Position numbers and translations under genes: made by a program | The notes under the pieces: model-generated | Told to the model about the DNA's origin: nothing | What the model saw: the letters and a program-made list of their open reading frames with translations, nothing else | Databases searched by the model: none | Source: Myxococcota bacterium | Lineage (GTDB): Bacteria > Myxococcota_A > UBA796 > CAJQPC01 | Direction: 5' to 3' | NCBI GenBank assembly: GCA_036012755.1 | Contig: DASCPX010000112.1 | Span: 26,436-90,435 of the forward strand | DNA length: 64,000 bases | In this document: piece after piece, positions 36,629-46,551 of the stretch | Layout: each line of letters starts with the position of its first letter | Numbering within the stretch: the stretch's first letter is position 1

Positions 36629-39075
36629 CGCTCCTTCATCTCGTCGACCTCGCGGCGGAGCCCTTCGAGGTCGTCTTCGAGCTTCTCCAGCCGGCGGCCG
36701 ACCTCGGCATCGGTCTCCTTCGCGGGGTCCTTGCGATCCCGGATGGCGTCGATGGCGCGGGTCGCGGAGTCCTTCTGCTCCTGGAGCCGCGTGAGCTTGC
36801 GATAGGCCTTCAGGACCGACGTGCTCTCGCTGTCGCCGACCTTGCCGAGGGCCGACACCGCGGTCTGGCGCGTGCGCAGGTCCGTCGACGCGACGAGGGG
36901 CTCGAGCTCGCGGGCGAGGTCTTCTCGCGCGCGGTCCCTGGTCTTGCCGTCCTGCCGCTCGGCGATCCCCACCGCCGTCCAGATCCCGGTGTGGAGCACC
37001 TCCCGGTGGGTCTCCTCCCGGATCAGTCGGAGCACGGCGGCCAGGTCGTTGCTCTCTCCGGCCTTCTTGAGGACGTTGAGCGCGGCGTTGTGGACGGGGT
37101 TGTGCGTCGAGGTGGGTCTCTTGATCTCGGCCAGCGCCACGCGCCTGGCGAAGCTCTCGTCGTGGGGTCGCAGGGACCGGAGGATGCTGGCGCGCACGTC
37201 CGGCTGGCGCTCGCTCCGCCACGCCGCTCGCAGCTCGGCTCCGACCTCTGCGGTGCTGCCATAGAGGGCCTCTGCGGCCTTCTTCCGGACCCGCTCGTCC
37301 TCGTCGTCGAGCAGCTCGGCGAGCTCCGCTCCGGAGCCCCCGCCGACCAGGGCGTCGATGGCCTCGAGGCGGTAGGCGGTGGCGGCGGCCACGTTGGCCG
37401 CGATGCCGACCAGGAAGTCCTCGTTGTCGCCGTCTTTGGAGAGGGCCTCGATGGCGCGTACGCGGGCATAGGGTGTGGAGCGGGTGGCCTGGGCCTGCCA
37501 CATCTCGTTGGACTGGTCGACCTCGACATGGGCGAGCAGGCCGGCGTCCGGATCGATGGCGACGTAGGCGGGGGCCCCCTCGAGTTCGAAGGTCACAGAG
37601 GCGCTCTCGCCGTCGAGCCAGAGGCGCTGGCGCTGGCTCTCCTCGGAGAGCCCCACCTCTATGTCGATGGGGAGGACCAGCAGCTTCTCGACCTGCTCCA
37701 CGTGGACCGTCAGGATGCCGGCGTCGTTGTCCCAGCTCTGGCTCACCTTCAGCTCGGCGCCACCTGGGAGGTGGACCCACTGGTCGAAGAACCAGCGCAG
37801 GTGGAGACCGGTGACGTCCTCGAAGGCTCGCCGGAGGTCGTCGGTCTCGACCATGCCCATGGCGTTTTCGGTGGTGTACCGGTGGATCCCCGCCCAGAAG
37901 GCCTCCTCGCCGAGCATCACCCGCAGCATCTGGAGCACCGAGGAGCCCTTGGCGTAGACGTTCTGGGAGGGGGGATGGTCGCCCTCTGGTGTGCTCCAGA
38001 AGCGTCCAGCCAGGGGGCCGGTGTGGGAGCCGTCGTAGCGTTGGGCGACGTTTGCGTAGAACTGCTCGTCGCCGTCGGCGTGGCGCATCCACTCGGCTGA
38101 GAAGAAGGTCGCGAAGCCCTCGTTCAGCCAGATCTCGTGCCAGCTCCGGCAGGTCAGGGTGTCGCCGTACCACTGGTGGGCGAGCTCGTGGGCGACGACG
38201 GACTCGGAGCCCCTCCGGGTGCCGAGGAACTCATCGTCGATGAGCACTCGCCGGTGCATCACGGTCGCGGTCGTGTTCTCCATGCCGGTGTACATGAAGC
38301 GCTGGACGTAGACCTCGCGGTAGTTGGCCCAGGGGTAGGGGAGCCCGGACAGCTCGCCGAAGAACCTCAGCATCTCCGGCAGGCGGCCCGCGGCGTTGTG
38401 GGCCTGCTCGACGGTGGCGTCCGGTGGCAGCCACCACTCGATGGGCACCGGACCGCCGTCGAGCTCAACGCGCTGGTACTCGGCCGCCGCGACCATGACG
38501 AGGTAGGCCACCAGGTCGCCCTCTGTGAGCTCCCAGGTCCAGCTGCCGTCTTCGTTCTGTCCGCCGACGCCGTTGCTCAGGACGCTGTAGCCCTTCGGCG
38601 CGCGGAAGGTCCCGCGGTAGGTGAAGCGGTCGTTGGGGTGGTCCCAGAGCGGCAGCCAGTGCCGGTTGTCCTCGCCCTCGCCTTGGCTCCAGACCTCTGT
38701 GTAGGTGTCGGGACCGTCACCGCGGAAGTGCAGACCGGTCTCGGGCTCGGCGGAGTAGGCGACGTAGACCTCGTGCGATCCACTGGGGTCGAGCTCGACG
38801 TGGAGGTGCGTGTCGTCGCTGCGCCAGGTGGTGGCTTCGCCGTCGATGAGCACCTCGTCGATCTGCAGGCCGACCTGGTCGAGGCGGAGCTCGCTCGCCG
38901 GCGGCAGCATCGGCTCGACGCTCAGGGTTGCGCTGCCCTCGATGCGCCCGGCGGCAGGCGACAGCTCGAGATCCAGCTCCAGGTGGACCAGATCCCAGTG
39001 ACGGTCGGGAGCCTCGACACCTGGGGCGCCGTGCTTCGGCGGAGCGGAGGACAGGGCGATCCAGAACGGCAGCAT
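36622..39075 (-). CDS. M1-family aminopeptidase with C-terminal HEAT repeats
   Basis: GMEN, HELAH...WLNEG, YAKG; HEAT-like helical C-terminus. Confidence 0.93.
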   Translation of the reverse strand: MLPFWIALSSAPPKHGAPGVEAPDRHWDLVHLELDLELSPAAGRIEGSATLSVEPMLPPASELRLDQVGLQIDEVLIDGEATTWRSDDTHLHVELDPSGSHEVYVAYSAEPETGLHFRGDGPDTYTEVWSQGEGEDNRHWLPLWDHPNDRFTYRGTFRAPKGYSVLSNGVGGQNEDGSWTWELTEGDLVAYLVMVAAAEYQRVELDGGPVPIEWWLPPDATVEQAHNAAGRLPEMLRFFGELSGLPYPWANYREVYVQRFMYTGMENTTATVMHRRVLIDDEFLGTRRGSESVVAHELAHQWYGDTLTCRSWHEIWLNEGFATFFSAEWMRHADGDEQFYANVAQRYDGSHTGPLAGRFWSTPEGDHPPSQNVYAKGSSVLQMLRVMLGEEAFWAGIHRYTTENAMGMVETDDLRRAFEDVTGLHLRWFFDQWVHLPGGAELKVSQSWDNDAGILTVHVEQVEKLLVLPIDIEVGLSEESQRQRLWLDGESASVTFELEGAPAYVAIDPDAGLLAHVEVDQSNEMWQAQATRSTPYARVRAIEALSKDGDNEDFLVGIAANVAAATAYRLEAIDALVGGGSGAELAELLDDEDERVRKKAAEALYGSTAEVGAELRAAWRSERQPDVRASILRSLRPHDESFARRVALAEIKRPTSTHNPVHNAALNVLKKAGESNDLAAVLRLIREETHREVLHTGIWTAVGIAERQDGKTRDRAREDLARELEPLVASTDLRTRQTAVSALGKVGDSESTSVLKAYRKLTRLQEQKDSATRAIDAIRDRKDPAKETDAEVGRRLEKLEDDLEGLRREVDEMKERY

Positions 39076-39082
39076 GGGCGGG

Positions 39083-39088
39083 AGAGTA
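39083..39088 (-). promoter_or_regulatory. -10 element of a leaderless promoter
   Basis: TACTCT 7 nt before ATG 39075; no Shine-Dalgarno. Confidence 0.55.
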
Positions 39089-39130
39089 CACTCGGGCTGT
39101 GCTTCCCCTGCGCGTCGTGATCGGTCTGTC

Positions 39131-40345
39131 GTGATCCTCCTCGTCGCGGCTGCGTGGGCTGGAGAGCTCGGGGGATACGCCGAGGTGCGCGCGGGGGTCT
39201 ACGGCGGAGTCGAGGGCACCCCCTGGGACACGGTCGAGCGCGTCAGGCCGAGCTTCGAGCACGATCTCCACGAGCGGGTGCGCGTCGCCACCACGGTCGA
39301 GGGGATGCTCGTCCAGGGCCGCTACCCGCTGGAGGAGGGCTACGCGCTGATCGATGACCAGATCGGCCACCTGCTCGAGCCCGCCGGCTGCAGCCTGGAG
39401 GCCCCGCCGAGGATCTCGGGCGCCGACGAGGTGCTGAGCGTCGAGCGGCTCTACGTCGACCTCTACCACCCCCGCGTGGATGTGCGCATCGGGCGCCAGG
39501 CGCTCAACTGGGGCTCGGCCCTGTTCCTCAACCCGACCGATCTCTTCGGCGAGGTGCTCATCGCCGAGCCCTACCGGGAGCGGCGGGGCGTCGACGCTGT
39601 CCGGGCGACGGTGCCCGTCGGCGAGGCTCACCAGGTCCTGGCAGTGGCGGCCATCGACGAGGACCTCGAGAGCGGCCGCTTCGGGCTCAAGCCCACCTTC
39701 AACGTCGCCTCGACGGACATCTCGCCGGTCCTGGGCTACCGCTCGGCCCAGGACGACTTCCTCGGTGGCGTGCCCTCCGCGGGTCTTGATGTGCGCGGTC
39801 AGCTGGTCGTCGGCTGGTGGGTCGAGGGGCGCGCGGACCTCGACGATCTCGGGGAGATCGAGCCCGTCGTGAGCGCCGGGGTGGACTACTCCCTGCCGGT
39901 CCTCGACCGCCTGTTCTTCGCGGCCCAGTACACATACGACCGGTCCGGAAAGGAGGATCCGGCCAGCTACCACCTGCAGGATCGCGGGCTCAGCGTCGAG
40001 GTGCCCGAGTGCGCGGGAGACATCGCCCCAGAGGTCGGCGAGCCGCGCTTCACCATCGGTCGGCACTACGGCCTGCTCACCGGTCAGGCCGCCTACGAGA
40101 CCGTGAGCGTCCAGCTCTCGGGGCTCATGAACCTGCAGGACCGCTCGAGCCTGTTGGTGCCGCAGGTGACCTGGACTCCTGGAGACCGCTGGAGCATCGC
40201 CGCTGGCGGCAACATCCCCCTGGGCTCGGGCGAGTTCAAACCCACAGAGGAGATGGCGACCTTCCGCCAGGGCTTCGTCGAGCTCGACGTCTCGGGGCTG
40301 GTGCCCACCTGGACCGCCTACGGCTACGTGCGCTTGTCGCTGTAG
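39131..40345 (+). CDS. Outer-membrane beta-barrel protein
   Basis: GTG start giving MILLVAAAWA; ERLYVD...IGRQALNWG...NPTD...GVDAVR; C-terminal YGYVRLSL beta-signal-like end. Confidence 0.75.
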   Translation: MILLVAAAWAGELGGYAEVRAGVYGGVEGTPWDTVERVRPSFEHDLHERVRVATTVEGMLVQGRYPLEEGYALIDDQIGHLLEPAGCSLEAPPRISGADEVLSVERLYVDLYHPRVDVRIGRQALNWGSALFLNPTDLFGEVLIAEPYRERRGVDAVRATVPVGEAHQVLAVAAIDEDLESGRFGLKPTFNVASTDISPVLGYRSAQDDFLGGVPSAGLDVRGQLVVGWWVEGRADLDDLGEIEPVVSAGVDYSLPVLDRLFFAAQYTYDRSGKEDPASYHLQDRGLSVEVPECAGDIAPEVGEPRFTIGRHYGLLTGQAAYETVSVQLSGLMNLQDRSSLLVPQVTWTPGDRWSIAAGGNIPLGSGEFKPTEEMATFRQGFVELDVSGLVPTWTAYGYVRLSL

Positions 40346-40350
40346 TCCCC

Positions 40351-40516
40351 AGCAGGCTGCTGAAAAACGTCCTGGTCGGCCATCGGCCGCCGCCAGCGGC
40401 GACGGCCGCCCCTACGGGCTCCTCGGTTGCTTGCCTAGGCAAGCGCCCTCGTCGTACGTCCAACCAGCACTCGCCTCCGCCGTCGCGGCCTCGGGAGCCT
40501 TCTTCAGCAGCCTGCT
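40351..40516. mobile_element. MITE-like element with 17-bp terminal inverted repeats
   Basis: AGCAGGCTGCTGAAAAA ... TTCTTCAGCAGCCTGCT (1 mismatch); internal perfect palindrome GCTTGCCTAGGCAAGC at 40429-40444; no coding capacity. Confidence 0.7.
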
Positions 40517-41252
40517 AGCGCTCGAGCCAGCGCATGGAGAAGACCTCTTCTTCGAGTTCGACCGTGAAGCTCATCTCGTCGAAGACCATCTCGGTCTTCG
40601 TGCCCTCCTGGAGCTTGTCCACCACGACCATGCGCGAGGGGTACCAGCGCTCGCCGTACTGCTCGGCGTCGTGCATGGTCCAGACCTTGAGCAGCATGCC
40701 GGACAGGGCGTAGAGCTCCTGCTTCACGGGGATCTTCGTCTGCTGGTCCACCCACACCACGCGCTTGGGGTAGGCGATGTCGTCGGTCTTGGCGATCATC
40801 TCCAGCTTCCAGCAGGGGCGGTCCTCGAAGGTGTCGACGCCGCTGACCTCTGCGGTGTAGGAATCCAGCCACGAGCTGGACTCCATCATGTCCTCGTAGC
40901 TGATGTCGCTGCCCATCATTCCCTGGCGCAGCATGTGGCCCGAGAGCTTCTGGACCTTCTCGATCGAGGGCAGGTACATCCACATCTCCTCGCCCTTCTT
41001 GAGCATCTTCGTGCCGGCGTCGCGCTCTGGGCTGAGGAACTCGGTGGCCGCGTCGTCGACGCCGCGGCCGTAGGACAACAAGGTGTAGGTCTTGGTCCTG
41101 CGCGGCTTCACCACGGTCATCGTCGCGGTCGTGCTGCGTACGTCGAAGACCATGTTGGCGTCGACCTCGGCGAGGATCTCGCCGACGGTGGGCAGCTCCT
41201 CGGCGTGGACCCCTGGTGTCAGGGTCGCAGTCAGGGCGAAGAACAAGCTCAT
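40515..41252 (-). CDS. LolA-like outer-membrane lipoprotein-sorting protein
   Basis: FLSPERDAGTKMLK, MWMYLPS, GMMGSDISYEDM, YPKRVVWVD. Confidence 0.85.
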   Translation of the reverse strand: MSLFFALTATLTPGVHAEELPTVGEILAEVDANMVFDVRSTTATMTVVKPRRTKTYTLLSYGRGVDDAATEFLSPERDAGTKMLKKGEEMWMYLPSIEKVQKLSGHMLRQGMMGSDISYEDMMESSSWLDSYTAEVSGVDTFEDRPCWKLEMIAKTDDIAYPKRVVWVDQQTKIPVKQELYALSGMLLKVWTMHDAEQYGERWYPSRMVVVDKLQEGTKTEMVFDEMSFTVELEEEVFSMRWLER

Positions 41253-42472
41253 CTGCGGCTCCGCATGGCGTCGACCGGCTGGATGGCCGTCGCGCGAATG
41301 GAGGGGAGGAGGGCCCCGAGCGCTGCGATCAGCAGCCCGAGGAGGAAGGCGAGGATCACGATGTCAGACGACAGATCGGCGTAGAAGGTCGAGTTGACCG
41401 GGATGGTGATCTTCGAGCTGATGTCGTCTCCGAGGACGACGCCGTGGGTCTCGGCCCACCAGGCCGGGAGCGCCCCCAGGAGCACTCCGGCTGCCGAGCC
41501 GCCGACGCCGATGCAGGTGGCCTCCACGACGAACATCGACACGACCGTGCGGGCCTTCATTCCCATGGCTCGCAAGACACCGATCTCGGCGGTTCGCTCC
41601 AGGACGGACATCATCATCGTGTTGAGGACCCCCAGCGCCGTGATGAACACGATGGCGCCGCCCAACACGTAGAGGATGGCCTGGTTGACGTCGTAGATCG
41701 TGTTGTAGGGGTCCCGGTCGTTCCAGGCCTGCACCACGTAGCCCTCCAGCGCCGGGTCCTTCGCCAGCGAGGCCGCGTGAGCCCTGGCCGCGCCGACCTC
41801 GTCACCGGTGCCGACGTAGATCTCCAAGGCGCCGCCTGGAATGTCGGTCATCCACTGGAGCGCGGGCAGTGGCACGAAGGCTTGGCGGTTCCCGACCACG
41901 TTGCCCGTGTCGACGATGCCGGTGAGCTCCGCCTGGATCGGGGAGATCGAGCCGTCCTGGGTCTGACCGAGGAAGACGATGGTGTCCCCGGCGCTCGCTC
42001 CGAGCTCCTCTGCCAGGCTGAGTCCGATGACCGCCTCTCCCTCGACGGTGGCCATGCGGCCCTCGACGACGCGGTTGGCCAGGCCGAGCTCGCCCTCCAG
42101 CCAGTCCTCCGGCCCGCCGACGAGCTGGCAGAAGATCTCGCCGATCTCCTCGCCGACGCTGGCCGTGACGCCTGTCTTGATGACCGGCCAGGCAGTGAAA
42201 CCGTGGGCCTCGATGGCCTCTACGACGGGGTCCGCGTCTGCGATGTTGTAGTGGAGCGGCATGAGGCTCTCGCGTGCCTCGAACTCCGGCGTGACGACCC
42301 GGACCTCGCCCGCGGTGGCCGCGATGTTCCCGATGGCGCCGCCCAGGACACCGATGATCCAGGACAGGCCGAGGGTGAGCACCCCCGTCCCCAGCAGGAC
42401 CGTCGTTGCGGTCAGCATCGTGCGGCGAGTGTTCCGCGTCAGGTTGCGCAGGGCGAGGGTGAGCAGGAACAT
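41249..42472 (-). CDS. ABC transporter permease (FtsX/MacB/LolC-E-like)
   Basis: LALRNLTRNTRRT, NTMMMSVLERTAEIGVLRAMG, PVDAMR. Confidence 0.92.
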   Translation of the reverse strand: MFLLTLALRNLTRNTRRTMLTATTVLLGTGVLTLGLSWIIGVLGGAIGNIAATAGEVRVVTPEFEARESLMPLHYNIADADPVVEAIEAHGFTAWPVIKTGVTASVGEEIGEIFCQLVGGPEDWLEGELGLANRVVEGRMATVEGEAVIGLSLAEELGASAGDTIVFLGQTQDGSISPIQAELTGIVDTGNVVGNRQAFVPLPALQWMTDIPGGALEIYVGTGDEVGAARAHAASLAKDPALEGYVVQAWNDRDPYNTIYDVNQAILYVLGGAIVFITALGVLNTMMMSVLERTAEIGVLRAMGMKARTVVSMFVVEATCIGVGGSAAGVLLGALPAWWAETHGVVLGDDISSKITIPVNSTFYADLSSDIVILAFLLGLLIAALGALLPSIRATAIQPVDAMRSRR

Positions 42473-43656
42473 CAGTCCGCCCGCACCGCTTCCGCGGGGT
42501 CCAGGCGCGCCGCCCAGTTCGCCGGGTAGAGGCTCGCCAGGGCAGCGACGACGGTGCCGAAGAGCACGCCGGCGGCCACCGGGCCCCAGGAGAAGGCCGT
42601 ATACAGCGTCGTGTCGAAGGCCAGGGCGGTCCCCGACTCCCCGAGGGCCGAGAAGTCCAAGCCGACGCTGGCCCAGTAGGCGTTGATCGAGCCGCCCACC
42701 ACTCCGCCGAGACAGCCGGCGACCAGCCCCATGGTGCCGCCCTCGATGAGGAAGAGCCTGCGGATGTCCCCCGGTCGCATGCCCAGGGCCGCCAGCGTTC
42801 CGATCTCACGCGTGCGCTCGTAGGTGGCCATGATCACGGTGTTTGCGATCCCCGTCGCGGCGATCGCCATGATCATGAAGACCAGGAACCCGATGGCCTT
42901 GCGGCGGACCCGGTTGATCTCGAGCAGGTCCTCTGCGCCTTGCAGGTAGGTCTCGCTCTGCCAGGTGGATCCCAGCTCCGTCGCCACCGCGCTGGCGTCG
43001 TCGCGGGTCTCGAGGCGGATCGCGATGTCGCTCGGCCCCGGTGCCTGCACGAGCTCCATGGCCGTGTCGAGGGGCAGCAGGACGGCGTAGTTGTCGATGG
43101 CCGGGTTCCGCGTCTTCACGACGCCGGCGACCTCGAAGGACAGGGCGTTGATGGCGCCCGCAGAGGTCCGCACCTGCAGCACGACCGGGGTCCCGGGCGA
43201 GGCCCCGACCAGGCGGGCGAGGCGGGCCCCGAGGACCACCCCGTCCCAGCTCCCGTCGAGCTGGAAGCCATCCCGGGGGAAGACCGCCTCATCGGTGGTC
43301 GGGTCCAGCCCGACGCCGATCGCCCGCACCGACTCGGCGCCGGCCACAAGTCGCACGTCGAAGCGCAGGCGCTCCGTGGAGGTGTAGGCCACCAGGGCCT
43401 CGCCGAGCTCATCCGGCACGGGCTCGAGCACGTCCACCGGCGCCGTCAGGCCGGTCTCGGGGTACTCCGGCGGACGCAGCAGCACGTGGCCCGACTGGGT
43501 GTTGATCTGGCTGCGGATCACGTTCTCGTCCAGGCCGTCGACCACGCCGAAGCCCAGGATCATCAGGGCCACCCCCCAGACCACCGCGACGGAGGTGATG
43601 ACGTTCCGGCGCCGGTTCCTGAGCAGGTTCTTCAGCGCGAGCTGCGCCAGGAACAT
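42472..43656 (-). CDS. ABC transporter permease (FtsX/MacB/LolC-E-like)
   Basis: LALKNLLRNRRR, ERTREIGTLAALG, LDPAEAVR. Confidence 0.92.
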   Translation of the reverse strand: MFLAQLALKNLLRNRRRNVITSVAVVWGVALMILGFGVVDGLDENVIRSQINTQSGHVLLRPPEYPETGLTAPVDVLEPVPDELGEALVAYTSTERLRFDVRLVAGAESVRAIGVGLDPTTDEAVFPRDGFQLDGSWDGVVLGARLARLVGASPGTPVVLQVRTSAGAINALSFEVAGVVKTRNPAIDNYAVLLPLDTAMELVQAPGPSDIAIRLETRDDASAVATELGSTWQSETYLQGAEDLLEINRVRRKAIGFLVFMIMAIAATGIANTVIMATYERTREIGTLAALGMRPGDIRRLFLIEGGTMGLVAGCLGGVVGGSINAYWASVGLDFSALGESGTALAFDTTLYTAFSWGPVAAGVLFGTVVAALASLYPANWAARLDPAEAVRAD

Positions 43657-44327
43657 CAGGAGTCGCCGATGACCTTGCCGTCACGGAGGCGCACGGTTCT
43701 CCGCACGCGGTCCATGACGATGGGGTCGTGGGTCGAGAACAGGAAGGTGGCGCCTTGTTCCTCGTTGAGCTCGCGCATGAGGTCGAGCACCGCCTCCCCG
43801 TTCTTGCTGTCGAGGTTCGCTGTGGGCTCGTCGGCGATGACCAGCCGGGGCTCCTTGACCAGCGCTCGGGCGATGGCCACACGCTGCTGCTGGCCGCCGG
43901 ACATCTGGGAGGGGCGCTTGTGCATCTGGTCGGCCAGACCGACCTCTTCCAGGACATTCGCGCAGCGCTCGCGGCTCGGCTCGCGTCCGCCCAGACGCAG
44001 GGCGACCTCGACGTTCTCGATCGCGGACAGCACCGGGATGAGGTTGAAGGACTGGAAGACGAAGCCGACGTTGTCGGCCCGGATGTCCCCGAGCTCGGCG
44101 CGAGAGAGCTTCGAGAGCTCCTTGCCGTCCAGCACGATCGATCCGCTCGTGGCGACGTCGAGGCAGCCGACGAGGTTCAAGAGCGTCGTCTTGCCAGAGC
44201 CAGAAGGTCCGGCGAAGGCCAGGAACTCGCCCTCGTCGATGTCGAGGGTGACCCCGTTGAGTGCGTCGACGTAGCTCTCACCGAGGGGATAGCGCTTTCC
44301 GACGTCGCTCAGCGAGAGGATGGGCAC
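43656..44327 (-). CDS. ABC transporter ATP-binding protein (LolD-like)
   Basis: GPSGSGKT, FQSFNL, MSGGQQQRVAIARAL, ADEPTANLD, STHD; GTG start inferred. Confidence 0.95.
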   Translation of the reverse strand: MPILSLSDVGKRYPLGESYVDALNGVTLDIDEGEFLAFAGPSGSGKTTLLNLVGCLDVATSGSIVLDGKELSKLSRAELGDIRADNVGFVFQSFNLIPVLSAIENVEVALRLGGREPSRERCANVLEEVGLADQMHKRPSQMSGGQQQRVAIARALVKEPRLVIADEPTANLDSKNGEAVLDLMRELNEEQGATFLFSTHDPIVMDRVRRTVRLRDGKVIGDS

Positions 44328-44420
44328 GCCCCTGACTAATTGGTTGGCATGCGTCTTGCGCGCGTCCCTCCCGCAAAGTGGGCTCCCAGCTGATAAAACG
44401 GTGGACCGGAGGCCCACCAC

Positions 44421-46544
44421 ATGCTCCTCGCCCTCACTCTCGTCTTGAGCTGCAACAACCGCAACGGCGGCGACCGTGACCGTAGCGACGGCTACGACGG
44501 TCCTGGCTCGGAGGCGTGGGGGAGCGTCGACGTCAGCTGCAACAACGCTGACGACTGCCTCACGGGCGAAGCCTGCCTCCAGAGCGTGTGCCAGCCCGAT
44601 GCCTGCTCGGGCAACCTCGCGGACACCTCCGCGCCCATCGGCGACAAGCTCACCTTCTTCGAGGAGATGGAGGTCGCCTTCGCCGACACCGAGCCGTGGG
44701 AGGGCTACTACCCGGTCGACCAGTACTCCGGGGACCTCGACTACGAGGGCAGCGACAAGGCCACGCAGTACCCGATCACCGGCCTGGCCGGCGGCGACTT
44801 CGACGGCGACGGGGTCGGCGGCTACGCGGTCAGCATCGAGGGCAGCCGCAAGATCGAGGTGCTCGACTCCGGCAAGACCGTGGACGTGGACTTCGTTCCG
44901 GTCGCGATCGCAGGCGGCGACGTCGACGCCGACGGCGTCACCGAGCTCGTCGCCATCTCGGCCACCGCCGAGGTCGCCATCTGCACTGGCACGGCCTGTG
45001 ACATCTACAGCTTCGGCGACAGCGGCATCGGGGGCCTCGACATCGCGGTCGGCGACGTCGACGGGGACACCTTCGAGGAGGTCGTGCTCCTGATCTCCTA
45101 CGACGGCTACAGCGTGCTCTACGGCATGAACGTCGACGCCGAGCTCACCGGCCAGGTCGACGCCTGGTGGAGCGGCGGGGACGACGACAACCTCCACCGC
45201 ATCACCGTCGGAGACCTCGACGGCGATCGGGTCGCCGAGGTCATCGGGCTCGTCCAGGACAGCTGCTGGGACTACTGCGACGACTACATGATGACCTGGC
45301 AGGCCGTCGAGAGCGGCGACGAGGGCAGCTTCGTCGAGCAGTACAACGCGGAGCTCGACGGCATCGCCACCGCCATCGACATCGCTGCCGCGGACGCCGA
45401 CTTCGACGAGAAGGCGGACATCGTCATCCTCGGCGAGGGCGGCCAGGCGACGCTCGCGCGAGAGGGTGGGACCAGCGGCATCTACGTCCGCTCGGCGATG
45501 TTCTCGCTGGGTGTCAGCGTCGACCCCGACTTCGTCGCGATGGCGGACCACGACGGGAACAGCCCCAGGGCGTCCCTGGTCGCCGAGCAGGAGTGCCAGG
45601 GCAGCGTGATGCCGGTGATGGTCCTGCTCATCCCGCCCTACGACGCGGCCTACAGCGCTGGCCCGGCCTTCGCCGGCTTCGGCGACACCGAGTCCACGAG
45701 CGAGACCTGGAGCGACACCGTCAGCCTCGGTCTCAACGTCGACATCGGCGCCGGCGCGAGCTTCATGGACCTCTTCGGCGCCAACTACTCGACGAAGGTC
45801 ACCGAGCGCGTCACGGTCATCGAGTCCTTTGGCGAGACCACCGGGGTCGGCGCCCGCTACTTCCTCGAGGGCGACCCCCAGACCTACGGCAACCAGTACG
45901 GCGGCGTCGTGCTCGCCTGGGGTTGCTTCGACGCCTACAAGTACGAGATCGAAGACCCCTCCAGGCTCGTCGGCGATGACGGCGAGAGCTTCGTGGTCAC
46001 CGTGCCCAACGGCGGCGGAATGAGCATCTGGTCCACCCCTCGCTACAACGCGATGGCCGAGCTCGTCGGCCTGCCGGTCATCGAGATCCCCTACACGGTT
46101 GGCGACGTCGAGAGCTACCCGACGACTCCGGAAGACCTCAACGGCGACCCCATCCCCGACGAGAAGATGGTCTTCCCGGAGCTCAAGACCTACACCGTCT
46201 CCGACATCGGCAAGGTCATGTGGTGGTCGTGGGCCCAGGAAGAGGTGACGAACAGCACCAACCTCGACCACGGCCTCGGAGTGAGCGCGGGGGTCGAGGC
46301 CTTCGGCGTCAAGATCGGCACCGGCGTCGACTACGGCTGGGGCGAGGGCTACTCCCTGCGCGTCGGCAAGAACGCTGGCTTCTTCGGCGGGGTGCATCCG
46401 ATCCCGGACGACCCGAACACCCCAGAGGACGAGTACACGCAGCACGTCTACGAGATGTCCCCGGTGGTCTACCTGCACGACTACATCACCCCGACGGGCG
46501 ACGAGTCCGCCCACTACGTGATGACCTACACGTCCAAGCGCTAG
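44421..46544 (+). CDS. Large acidic lipoprotein with FG-GAP/VCBS-like repeats
   Basis: GGAGG upstream; MLLALTLVLSC; repeated GDxDGDG..E units; long amphipathic beta segments in the C-terminal half. Confidence 0.8.
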   Translation: MLLALTLVLSCNNRNGGDRDRSDGYDGPGSEAWGSVDVSCNNADDCLTGEACLQSVCQPDACSGNLADTSAPIGDKLTFFEEMEVAFADTEPWEGYYPVDQYSGDLDYEGSDKATQYPITGLAGGDFDGDGVGGYAVSIEGSRKIEVLDSGKTVDVDFVPVAIAGGDVDADGVTELVAISATAEVAICTGTACDIYSFGDSGIGGLDIAVGDVDGDTFEEVVLLISYDGYSVLYGMNVDAELTGQVDAWWSGGDDDNLHRITVGDLDGDRVAEVIGLVQDSCWDYCDDYMMTWQAVESGDEGSFVEQYNAELDGIATAIDIAAADADFDEKADIVILGEGGQATLAREGGTSGIYVRSAMFSLGVSVDPDFVAMADHDGNSPRASLVAEQECQGSVMPVMVLLIPPYDAAYSAGPAFAGFGDTESTSETWSDTVSLGLNVDIGAGASFMDLFGANYSTKVTERVTVIESFGETTGVGARYFLEGDPQTYGNQYGGVVLAWGCFDAYKYEIEDPSRLVGDDGESFVVTVPNGGGMSIWSTPRYNAMAELVGLPVIEIPYTVGDVESYPTTPEDLNGDPIPDEKMVFPELKTYTVSDIGKVMWWSWAQEEVTNSTNLDHGLGVSAGVEAFGVKIGTGVDYGWGEGYSLRVGKNAGFFGGVHPIPDDPNTPEDEYTQHVYEMSPVVYLHDYITPTGDESAHYVMTYTSKR

Positions 46545-46551
46545 GGCCCAC

